Assembly (NCBI GenBank): GCA_964187785.1
Contig: OZ076409.1
Coordinates: 27,282,001-27,346,000, forward strand
Source: Amphiscolops sp. MND2022
Taxonomy: Eukaryota
Direction of reading: 5' to 3'
Length of the DNA stretch: 64,000 nucleotides
Numbering within the stretch: position 1 is the stretch's first letter; every line of letters begins with the position of its first letter. Under the pieces are notes generated by a model. It saw only the letters and a list, made by a program, of their open reading frames with translations, searched no databases and was not told the origin of the DNA. A program made the translations under genes and the position numbers. Positions 29,001 to 39,219 of the stretch are shown here, in pieces.

Positions 29001-31082
29001 AGACTCCAAAACCGCCTTTTCCCTATTTTTTTTCAGAAAAGTCGCACAGTGCCAAAAAGTCTTTTGGTATCTATTGTAATTTTGCAAGCATAAACATTTT
29101 TGTTCCCTGTCTTAAGGGTGACATCTGGTAGTTTTAATAACTGGAAAAGACCTACGGTTAGCCCCTTTCAAAACATTTTTGGCTTGGGTGACCTTTTGGG
29201 TTTTTCGGCACAGAGACTTCGAGCTTAAAAGGGCTTTTTGATCTTATTATCACCAGAAACACCACAAAACCAAAGTGTTTCTGCTTCTTTTCCCACCTGA
29301 AGTAAAAATTTTCACAAAAAAGTCGCACATTGGTGAAAAATTCGAAGGGGAAACCCTCTGGTTTTGAAGAGGCTTTTTACGATTAAAAATACCAAAAAAA
29401 AACCAAGGGGGACCCTTTTGAAGAAATGAAATTTTGGAAAAGTCGCTGTGTCAAAAAATCCTAAAGGAAAGACCCTTTGGACTTCAAAACGCTTTTTCTA
29501 CTAAAAATAACACAAAAATTAAATCGAGAACCGTTTTGTGAAATATAAATTTTGCAAAGTCGCACAGAAAGTCTTAAAATTCCGGATATGTCTCAGTACC
29601 AAAAAAATCCCATAAAATAATCTCCAAAACGTTTTTCATTCGAATAACTATGTCAAAGTTTGTAGGAATTTCGTAAAAATTTGGTTTTTGGCATGAAATG
29701 CTCGTCACTTCGACAGGACTGAAAAAAAAGCACGACGGAAAGTAACTACAATAGCCGCGGTTTATTTACTAAAGCGCCGACGAAAAATAGTGTTTTGCCA
29801 TAGGAATTGGTGTTGCGATTCTAGCTAATGCCGACTTGATCATCTTTTCAAATTGAGCTACACTAAATTTAGTTTTTGGTATGTTTTTTAAATATTTCGG
29901 GAACAAAAATATGGAATTCGCATCCGGTTGTTTCTAGACTTTTGTACAAACTTCAGCCTAATTTCTCGACATCTCAAGGGTTCCACCGATGGATAGTTCC
30001 GCATTTTACGCATCCATAAAAAATTCACTCAATTTTTTTTCGATATTGAGACTTTTGATTTTTTTCCCCAAAGGGCCGCCCGTTTGAGTTTTTTTGATGA
30101 ATTTGGATGAAAAAAAAAACAAGTTTATGCGTTGAAAGTGTCTACCTTTATATTTTTTGGCAGAGTACGATTTTTCAAACTTTTCATGAAAACTGCATTC
30201 TGCATATTGAAAAGATTTTGCGCTTTTTGAACCTTTATCAGGGCGTCGACTTTAGAGGTTCCCGCCTTGTTTCGATGTGACCTATTTCATGTTAACCCAA
30301 CCCTTATCAGAGGCTGTGGAAGGTGTTGTCCCGCCCATGACCTGCACGTCCTGTCCTGACTGTACTGCGTATTTCATGGGCACAGAATTCTGCATGGAGC
30401 TTGCCTGGGAGCTGAGGTCGTGTCTGTCGGGGGCTGCCAACAGGTTCGCGTAGTAGCTCCGCATTTCTTCCGATCTGGGCTCCACTTCGATCACGTTGTC
30501 AGTCAGGGTGTGCAATCTGCAATTATGGTGCCAGGTTTACCATATTCTCACAAGAATTACTTTCGTTTCTAGAACTACTTGTTTTGTAAGATTTCCTTTA
30601 TCATCCAGTGATGAAATGATGTTTTAGAATGGTTTGCTTTGTGTTACCTGGATGTGAATCAACTGACATTTTTATTTGAAATTATATTTTGGGAACTTTC
30701 CATAGATTGTTTGTGAGAAAACTTCAGATCAAAACGATGAAACACAAATAAAATTGATGCAACCTTGTATCTTACCCTAATTTTCATACCGCATCCATCA
30801 GACAGTTTTTAGAAACTCCAAAGAAAGATTTCAAAATTTGTAAAATTATAAAAATGTTTTACTTGTCGAGTAGCCGTGTTTGGAGCTCATGGTCCTCTAC
30901 TGAGAAATCGGCGGCACAAACATCGATGAGTTTGGCGAGCACGTCTTGTGAGAGCAGAGAGGAGGTGGCTTGGGTGGTGTTTTTGGTGGGGTTCTCCATG
31001 GCATGCAAGGTAATGACAGGCTTGGAGGTCGCATTCAGAATCACAGTCCTCTTGTACGACTTCAGGGCAGCTTTAGGGTCGC
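8026..31082 (-). CDS. Large multi-exon gene for a Ser/Lys-rich low-complexity protein of at least 1350 aa (both ends unresolved)
   Basis: Phase-consistent GT-AG exons: 31082-30863, 30516-30302, 27462-27305, 26924-26792, 17250-14401 (950-aa ORF), 13597-13422, 9019-8992 (28-nt micro-exon, less certain), 8340-8026. Junctions translate in frame (LDK|LHT, SDK|DSA, EPK|VTT, QNA|GLDP, TNA|GTG). Confidence 0.75.
8609..8809. mobile_element. MITE with CCCTGGTT.. TIRs and internal CTTGCAAG palindromes
   Basis: ccctggttga ... aaccaagag ends; many cttgcaag motifs; related copies at 33669-33911 and half copies ending at ~10646 and ~12748. Confidence 0.7.
9311..10343 (-). mobile_element. Helentron-type non-autonomous element (HINE family A) with tRNA-like cassette
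   Basis: Left end ACACAGAG + hairpin GCGAAGC-cgt-GCTTCG + subTIR ACACTTGCGA; right end ACACTTGC-ttatc-GCAAGTGT-AA (subTIR plus short inverted repeat); no TSD. Confidence 0.8.
10176..10248 (-). ncRNA. tRNA-derived Pol III cassette (pseudo-tRNA, TTC in anticodon-like position) inside HINE A; copies at ~12278-12350 and ~18377-18445
   Basis: Minus strand: A box TGGTCTAGTGG, B box GTTCGAACC, then a T-run terminator; acceptor stem does not pair. Confidence 0.7.
10345..10452. repeat. ~21-bp minisatellite x5 (tacatccgaactttgaaaacgt); duplicate at ~12447-12554
   Basis: Direct inspection; abuts the HINE A end. Confidence 0.85.
11414..12445 (-). mobile_element. HINE family A (copy within the tandem duplication)
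   Basis: Same termini and body as 9311-10343. Confidence 0.8.
16146..16504 (-). repeat. Intragenic tandem duplication of 183 bp (61 aa) in the large exon
   Basis: PETLLSAKHPLPAHLQ.LEP...SETSTETRRTP...TEKRTTKANSE occurs twice, units starting at 16504 and 16321. Confidence 0.9.
17491..18541 (-). mobile_element. HINE family A, independent insertion with tRNA-like cassette
   Basis: AACACAGAGGCGAAGCCGTGCTTCGCAAACACTTGCGA ... ACACTTGCTTATCGCAAGTGTAA; diverged body; cassette has a paired T-arm (CGGG-TTCGAA-CCCG). Confidence 0.82.
18709..19420. repeat. Degenerate short copy of the ~185-bp satellite-bearing element
   Basis: Start (aagggtttcaccaatagaactcaactgaca..gtatttgtagagattt) matches 21231; degenerate units at ~18876 and ~19068. 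Confidence 0.55.
21231..23450. repeat. Intronic tandem array, ~185-bp unit, ~12 units, with ~369-bp dimeric higher-order structure
   Basis: The gtccagtag-like anchor recurs at ~21445, 21621, 21806, 21991, 22174, 22360, 22542, 22729, 22915, 23071, 23260, 23354; alternate units are more alike. Confidence 0.9.
23489..23969 (-). mobile_element. Helentron-type non-autonomous element, family C
   Basis: Hairpin GCCCC-tcc-GGGGC (23494-23506) + subTIR TATTTCTGCTTTA (23514-23526); inverted TAAAGCAGAAATA at 23952-23964 with a short local inverted repeat. Confidence 0.6.
25270..26231. mobile_element. TIR element/MITE (CCCG.GT.GACCCTC ends, caagatctt-rich subterminal repeats)
   Basis: cccgagttgaccctc ... 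gagggtcgacccggg; inner inverted pair tggcaagatattgccaa / ttggcaatatcttgcca. Confidence 0.7.
28108..29787 (-). mobile_element. HINE family B interrupted by a hAT insertion
   Basis: aacaagccgggaatagccgaag start, resumes after 28887 (ctcaaggttcaaaa), shared aagtcgcacagtgcc / ggggacccttt body, ends aaagcgccgacgaaaaa. Confidence 0.7.
28137..28879 (+). mobile_element. Non-autonomous hAT-type element with zinc-finger remnant
   Basis: 8-bp TSD gtagttgc (28129-28136, 28880-28887); imperfect 18-bp TIRs tagagaacggaaaaagtt / aacttgttccggtcctta; internal LCNICSC..VNKHMESEKHK C2H2-type finger; aacgcaa subterminal repeats. Confidence 0.85.
29975..30271. mobile_element. Degenerate HINE family B fragment
   Basis: Ends ggcgtcgactttagaggttcccgccttgtt (reverse complement of the AACAAG terminus). 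Confidence 0.55.
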
Positions 31083-33668
31083 CTACAAAACTTCAATACT
31101 GAACAACGGGTGCCACAACTTTATTCGAGGATCAAAAACATCCATCAAAATTACGGTTACCAATGGCGATGAGAAAGCCAACAGTGAAAAACGAAAACAA
31201 ACCGGTTTTGATTTTGCTCTAATAATTTTGAGAAAAAAGTGGAGAGTCCTACATGAAATTATTACTCTTTGAAAAACTACAAGCTAGTTATTAAAGTTAG
31301 ATTTCTCGGGAAAATGAAAAAGAATAGACTCAGTGGGTCCTTTTTTCCAAAAACTTTCCCCAACGGATGCTCTTGATGCTGGTTTAGCTCAGTCGGTTAG
31401 TTACATGGGCAGCCAGGCAGGCTGTCGAGAGTTTGTCATACCCGAGGAAAAGACTTTCAAAATGAGCTCTGCTAAGTGTCCTGACGAGTACGTGATATAA
31501 ACCGGAAATCCTAATGTTAAGGATTTTAAACTGGTCATATAAAAAGTTTGCCAAACAGAAGATCTGAGATTGAATCCCATTAGCGTTGATCACTTTTTAG
31601 AGAGGAACTAAACTGACAGCTTTTAATGAAATAAGAAGTACGGAAAAATTGGAATAAACTAATTCTGTTTAAAATGTATAAGGGATTGGTGTTTAATTCC
31701 TTTCGTTTCGACTATTGACTTAAATTAGTTTCAATAGATGTGTTCTGGTGGATTATAGCTTTTATGATTTTACCCTTTTCAGAATGAACGCATTTTGCTT
31801 CAACGTTTTTCTATATGACTTTTGAGCCTCTTCTACACTTGACGTTGTTCTGGTCCTATTTCTTTGCTGGCAATCCTAATCGGGACTGCTGGAACTTTTT
31901 CCATGTTGCAGGACTGCATGCAGGGTTACTTTTTTATAAAACCTAGAAATTTCAGTGTGCTTCCGGTGGTGTATCTTGTGGAATTCACCGCTTGCTCTAC
32001 TACAACTAAAATTTAAAATATTTCCCACATCGTTACCGACACGATCACCTTGTTTTCACACTTTAGTTTCACACAAGTAGCCTTAACTACTCATCTGATG
32101 TAAACACCGCTTATTAAAGAGTTCGCTGAATATGACGCTACTTTGTTGTTTAATACGTGACTGAAGTTAGTTTGCGAGAAAATGGTAGCAAAATTTCAGG
32201 GCTGATAATTGACGCCAAATTTAGGATGCTTCTTTCAAGCATCTTAAAGCCAAAAAGAAAGGTGAAAAACTTTAGCATGAATGTTTCCCTGTGTTTTAGA
32301 AAATGAGAATAGAAGTTGGTGGCAACTTTGAAGAATATGCAAAAAGTTCAACAAAGGAAACTAGAAAGATATGATGTTCATTTTCAGGTCAAGAACAATT
32401 TTGTACTTGTAAACTGCCTAAAACTATTGACCAGGAAAATTACAACGTTTACCTACAAAAATAACTTGCGAGTAATTTTCAACATTGTTTCGGCCAAAAC
32501 TCCTATGAAGCTAAAACTTTTTTTTGAGATTTCCCAATCGAAGTGCAGCCCAAAGTCTTGTAGACTGTTCAACGGAAGAACCAAACCAAGATATACAATT
32601 GATTAAGAGAACTGGACATTCAAATTTTTTGACCGAATGACACGAAGGCCGCGGAGATTCTAAAGAATGTTTTAATGAAAGGAGTGCGCAGCAACAAAAC
32701 ACTCAAAAACTATAATGAAGCTATTCTTTTATTAGAATTTTCAAAAAGGGGGAGAGCAGTCCCAATGGCGAGAAAGTTTTTCAATCCAGTTTCTTAGTAA
32801 AGAATGTAGACAACTTAATTCTTTTGTCACTCGAAAGTTTTCAGTTTTCTTTGGTCTATTCAATAAGTACCATCAAAAATTTAGAAAAGTTTACAAGGAA
32901 AAAACTATTCACGAAAACAGCCGCTGATTTGAAAGATTTATGCCATTGAAAATTTGATTTCATTCACGGAGTGTATGCCATTATGCGAGCGCGGTCTATG
33001 GATTATTCAGATTTCGAGAACAATCAATTCGAAACAAAGAAGCGTTCATGGTCTTTGTATATTTCTCTGTAAAATTTTGCTATCCATTCTTGGAGGACAG
33101 AAAACATCCACATTCTGAAATCAATTCTCTTCAAACACTGCGTTTCAGTTTTTTTTCAGTTACTAATTTTCTGATCGATATTTTTTAAATCAGCAAATTT
33201 TCCCCTACGTCATTTTAGGATAGTTTTGGAAGCAGTGACGCAAGGATAGCAGTATTTTGATACACGGCATTTTAGCGATAAGTATTTGATTTCGACACCA
33301 AAAAGAAATCAGATGAGCTTTGAGAATTTGGTCCCATTAGAGCTGAGAAGTTGAGTACGGGTAATAAGCATAGAAAATTTGAATGTATGAGTCCATGCTT
33401 CCGAAAAAAGAAAGTCAGATACAATTCTTCTCAAATATGACAATGATAAATCGTAATTTCTGGTGTTAACGCAATTTCCAGACAATTGTGACTATGTAAT
33501 ATTGCTGTTTTTGGTTCTCTGAACTTTCCTGAATACATTTAAAGACATGCGAACCTTAAAGAACAGTTCATTTGAGGTTCACATGATGTGTTCATTTGAA
33601 GAAAATTGGAAAAAATTGTTTTCAAAGCTAAAAAGTGCAAATTCTGATTTTAGAGATGCCATAATACA

Positions 33669-33911
33669 CCCTGGTTGAGAAAAATGCTTTTCTTACAAGG
33701 ATCTTGCAAAATAATACATTTTCCCTTGAAGAATCTTCGAAGATTAAATTTTGTTCCTTGCAAGATCCCTGCTAGCAATGCATTCCTTGCAAAGATTTCC
33801 TTGTAAGATTCTTGCAAGGATATTTTTTTCTTGCACGATCTTTCAAAGAAAGTATAAAATGCAAGGATACTGCAAGATCCTGGCAAGGATTACATTCATT
33901 CTCAACCAAGG
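33669..33911. mobile_element. MITE of the CTTGCAAG family
   Basis: TIR ccctggttgagaa ... ttctcaaccaagg; internal cttgcaag repeats. Confidence 0.75.
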
Positions 33912-34077
33912 CACTAAAGCTGTAGCCAGTTCATTCGTTTGAATAAACAGTCAATTTATCAAAAACTTGAGTGAACAATAGTGTAGTTTCGCAAAAAAGA
34001 AAGCCTGAAAATGATTTTTTTTTCAGCCAAATTATCAGCTCTATTCAATTTCTTGGCAATTACAAAATGGATTAGTT

Positions 34078-37000
34078 ATGTGCATAGTTTCAATTTATTT
34101 TCAAACCCTCTTTTATCTGTTCTCTTTATTTGCAATCTGTTTAACCCAAACTTGCTACGAACAATTTAATGTCCAACTATGCGACATCGACATTTCCGTC
34201 CATCCCATTGCTCAACTTCCTCAAACTCAACGCTTAGGGGAATCCCTGGAAACCTGTTTGGGTTATTTCAAAGCCTTTACCTGGGACATAGGAATCTATT
34301 GTTCGGCCCTAAAATTCTGCGGTCTGGGATTAGACCTGTCACTGGACTACAGGTCCTATTGGAATCGAGAGGAATTCACCCCTGCCGACACACTTGTAAA
34401 CTACTCAGGGATGTTGAAGACAAAACTTGTGACAATCTCATTCACGGAATTCGTCTTTCCGGGTTGTTTTCAAGTTAGTTACCAGCTTAGGTCATATTGA
34501 GAGAGGCGGTAAAGGTTGAAACAATCCTCGCGATTTGATTGGTCGAAATCATTGAGCGAAATCAATTGAAGTTTCGTGCAAATATCATCAAGCCCCCTTG
34601 TTCGCACTAGAATTTTTTCGACGCGCAAAAAAATCAATCAAATATAGAAAAATACAATTTTCACTTCCAGATAAAATTCCCAAGAAAAGAGCTTTGTTTT
34701 AAAATAACGTCTTTCAATTCTAGGCAGATTTCTAGGAACATGTTTTCTTCAATTTTGGATAAAACCTTCCAAACCAGTGAATCTCAATAACAAAATACTC
34801 CGTGTGTATTGTAACTGGAACAAATGAAAATTTGGCAATGACGAAAGCATCTCTGGATGATTGCTAATACACTGGCCAACAAAAGCTTCGATCCCATTTT
34901 TAAGAGCTTACTTTTGAGAGACAAAAAAGTGCTGGCAAACTTTTTTAGAACTGTGCAAACATTTGAAACTTCGCCCCCATGACAAAGATACTGGATCCGG
35001 GATTCTAGTGACGTGAAAACCCAAAGGATGATTTGTTTTCTTAAATGATCATGATGCTTTTGTTTCTTCGTTACAACCCTTTGAAAACCTGTCATTAACT
35101 TTTTCTAGCGTCTCTAAAAATACTTTCATCTATTAATGACACTGAAAAACGTTTTGCCTGAGGTTTCGAAAGGTTTCTAAAAAGTAATGAAAACACGATG
35201 AGTGCAAAGTATCTCCGAAAGTTTTTACATAACTGATGTTTCATTATCTTTCTCGTGGGCGAAGTTTCGAATGTTTGCATAGTTAAAGCATCTGTGAGCT
35301 TCTTTTTCATGTGGTCTCTTTCAATTTTCAGAGTCAAGTTGTGATGGCGGTGGAGCAGAAGCTTGCATGGCAGAGAGAGGAGCAATTTGCATTCCAATTG
35401 AAGGCAATGTTCGGTGTTACGGATGTTTAGCTGGCTTTGAACCAGTAAAAGCTGGAGATGAAAGCCAATGCAAAGGTTACTTGTCAAAAATCTTACATTT
35501 ACCTCCTTATCTTTGACATGTTTTGATTAGCAAAGGAATTTAGATGTGCTCTAAACACGGCCGTTGATTCACCAGTATTTTAAATTCTAGAGGGGTGCCT
35601 ATAAAATAACACCGGGTTAAATTTAGCAACAATGAGGCGTCATCATCAGTGTCATTACGATTCGGCCATTCCACAGAAGATACGAGCTGTATTGTGAACA
35701 TTTTCTCCAGATCAAAATTGAAACTGATAAAAAATATAGCGTGTACATTTACCACTGAATCGTACAAATTTGAGTAGTTTAGATATCAATGAATGCCAAC
35801 ACAATGCAACCATTTGTGGACCCCATGGGGAATGCGAGAATACACTAGGGCTCTTTTGGTGCAAATGTCACGTTGGATATGTTTCTGACTCTGAACTAAC
35901 AAAGCCTTGTACCAGTAAGTAAACCTCTTGAAACTTGCAGTCAACGGAAAGTTACCATGTTGATAAGTCATTCAGCCAAGCATACAAGTGTGCTGAATAA
36001 TGAAAAGCTAACACGATAAAGAAACTAGAAATATCATTAATGATTACTTCTTTTTCAATTTAGATATCGTGTGGAAAGGAAAAATTGTTAATTTTCGTAA
36101 TTTTTGTAATTAGGGTCAATCATCGAAATCCGTTTTTACGGGAATAATTTCCTTTATAAACGTAACTTCGAAAAAATGCTGAAGCCAGTTTAACAAAGCC
36201 AAAGTATTCAATTTCTAAACCAAAACCAAAAACGGAGCAAATGAAATAGTTGGTGGAATAACAGCTACATATCAAACAAAGTCAATTCGATCGAACGTTC
36301 CATCTTGTCTCGAGTTTCACACTGTAGTTCAAAATTTTAGCTGAATTCAAAGGATGGTCAGTGGAGTTGATCTACAATTTTCAATCGACCGTAGATCCGA
36401 TTCCTTTTTCGGACCTATTCAACAGCGTCTCGAAGATTGCAGCGTTCAATTGGGAAAATTATGCAAGGCTCGGTTTTAGAAACCATCTGACGGAAGCGGC
36501 GTTTATTTTGTGGGTCCTGTACGATGAAAACAACAGAATAAGATCTAAATTAGAGTTTTACGGAGCTGGACATCCAACTCAATGGTTCTCTAAAGTCAAC
36601 TTAATCAATTCAAGCAACTGGGATATCCCACTGTTGAAAGAAGCCACAATTTTTGAAGCTAGTTCTAGTGGCTTCCAGATTGGGAATCCAGACGACTCGG
36701 AGCTGAAATGCCAAACAAATGGATTTGTCAATCTAGCATGCGATCTTCAGACGCCATGCAATGGGTTGAAATGGTGGTTAGACGATGAAAGTCTCATAGA
36801 TGTACCATGTGGAGCTGTATATTCTAAATTGAAATCTCCAATTGGCTTCAATAAAGGTTTTTGGGCATCCAAATTACAAATACTAACTAAAAATTTCCAA
36901 TCATGGGAAAAAGTTCTTAGAATTGAGGCGTTTGCAGGTGTAGACCCATTTAAGTACATGCTATTCGGAGAAACATTAGACTCGCACGATCACACGAAAA

Positions 37001-37503
37001 CCTACAGAGACGAGCAATGGGAAAATAAAATATTGAAAACAGAGTTAATCAAGTTCCAAGTTTATGACTTCAGTCAGACAAACGTTGTGTCGGAAATGAT
37101 CTTCAGAGGAAGCGGGCACGTGCTATCTTGGTTCTCAGTGGAAAGCTTGGTGAGTTCTTCTCTCTGGAGTTTCGATAGTTTGGACCCGGATTTGGTCGGA
37201 TCTTTCTTCTCAATGGATGGTGCAGCGATTGTTGAACTTTCAACAGGTGAAATATGGCTGCGAAGATTCTACATTAACCAACTATGGGCTAAATGCCCCC
37301 TAGACTACGGATGGGTGATGATGTCGGTGACAATAAATTACAATGGCTGTCCCTTTGAAATGTACTGGAATAATCCTGAACTTGCTAAGTTGGGATTTTT
37401 CAGAAACATGCCTCCATACATTCTTTATACGGCATCTCCTCAGCCTCAATTGTGTTCCGATATGGAAATTGGGGGTAAAATAGAAATACATGTTAAGCAA
37501 TAA
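34078..37503 (+). CDS. Secreted protein: signal peptide, Cys-containing N-terminal module, EGF, calcium-binding EGF, two tandem copies of an unnamed ~180-200-aa domain
   Basis: Exons 34078-34462 (donor less certain), 35332-35475 (SCDG..ACMA..ICIP..RCYGCLAGF..QCK), 35783-35914 (DINECQHNATICGPHGECENTLGLFWCKCHVGY, canonical cbEGF), 36341-37503; all introns phase 1. Confidence 0.85.
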
Positions 37504-37913
37504 ACTGACTCGAATCTGACTTTCAATTGAACAAGATTCAATTTCAGAAAAGAATTAGCGTAGCTACATGTTTGTTGTAATCTGAAAATGTTTTATCACA
37601 AAGCAACTGTATTTATTTATAGCCAGGAAGCAATCGTTGCTACTACGAAATTCTTTTTACAACGTTGAAAGAATGAGTTAAATTCAGTTTTCCTTGTCAC
37701 AGGGGGACTTATGAGCACTCCGGTATTGACACACCAGGGCAATCCATCGATGCTACCGGTAGAACAATAATCGCGATCGACGGTGAAAATTTAACTCATC
37801 CGACATTTTTCGAGCCGGTGGTCAGTTTTTAGATATTTTGGAATCTAAAATTTTTGCTTGAAATTTAAAGCCGTCCACTTTGTTGAAATCAACTACACTC
37901 AAGTTGTTAAATG

Positions 37914-38117
37914 GGATCTTTTCTGTTAATCCCCCCACCGATTTAATTTCGCCCCAGTTGAGTGGTCAAGTGAAAGCATTGAATTAATAGTAACAACCAA
38001 TCAAATTGCAGTATTTTATAACTCTAAATGCAACTGAAACTCATCGCTGATACTGGGGGGTTGTCAATAACATTTTCTCGCTTACTGCGGGGGCGGGGGC
38101 ATTAACAGAAAAGATCC
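37914..38117. mobile_element. Short MITE with GGATCTTTTCTGTTAAT TIRs
   Basis: ggatcttttctgttaatccccc ... gggggcattaacagaaaagatcc; TSD degenerate. Confidence 0.7.
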
Positions 38118-38273
38118 TCAAATCGATATACATTTGTGCCCGGTACCTTCATGGTCCAGTTTTCCCTGGGTTGACAACCCTGAATTACATCGAAATGGCC
38201 TTTCAAATTTTATCGCCCGCATCACTCAACTTTCAAAATGCACCCATATGAGAAAAAACTGCTAATGTAACAA

Positions 38274-38520
38274 GCGAAGCATGATGTAGCGGTTAGAGCA
38301 TTCGTACTGTACTGGGGCGGTAACAGGTTCGAATCTCACCTAACTCACCATAGTTGGGCCTTAAACAAGTCCTTCATCCCTAGCTTAGTTTGTTATGTCA
38401 ATGACAAAAAAATAACGCATTTGGGCGGAGAGAAGCAAAAATAAAAGAACAACGGTGAGCAGTCAAACATTTGTGACCTTGAGCAAGTCACTTTGAAACC
38501 ACAGCTTCAAGTCCACCGTT
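38274..38520 (+). mobile_element. tRNA-derived SINE remnant
   Basis: A box TGATGTAGCGG (38282), B box GGTTCGAATCT (38326), downstream tgtgaccttgagcaagtcactt (38472-38493). Confidence 0.65.
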
Positions 38521-39219
38521 ACTTGACCACTTGGCTGCAAATATGGTACCATAGCTTGCTATGGGGGGATAGTATCCGAAAGGGCGCCGACTTAGAAAAG
38601 CAGAAATTTTAACATGTCTTTTCACAAGCAGCTGAAAAGTTTTGAAATAAAAATTCTCCCGAAAATTTCGGATCTGACAATATAATTCCTCGAAAATATT
38701 GTAAATTGTATTAGTATCAGTTCTTTTAAGTTGTTAAATTGCAAAATCGTGTCTTAATACATGAATTTTCGAAAAACTTTACTGCTCATTTTTTCTACGA
38801 TTTTAGAATGATTTGTAAATCAAAGCATATAAAGGGGTTCAGTAAAATCATGAGGGGTCCATTGAACGTAAAAGGTTGAAAAATGTTGAGCAAAAGTAGA
38901 TCAAAAGTAAAAAAATCTCAATTTTGACTTAAATTTGGCTAAAAATGATCAATCGTAACTTTTAATAATATCACTACTGTAGGTAGTGTCATTTTCAGTG
39001 TTCTATTTAAGAAGCGGTGATTACATCACACGAGTAGTGGAGAAACTAGAAGGTGAACAAAAACTCCATCTGTCGGTAACGAAATGGATTGTGTCAATTT
39101 TAATTGCAATAGTGGACACTACAGTGTGTTCTTACACCGCAAACTCGCCCAAGTTTTTTGGTAGTTCAAAAAACCTGTATGAATTTCAAACGCAGAATTT
39201 AAAGTTTCATATTTGAAAG

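Noticed and set aside
31384..31880. Further upstream exons of the Ser/Lys-rich gene
   Set aside because: Open frames and splice-like sites exist, but I could not join them in phase to the exon starting at 31082.
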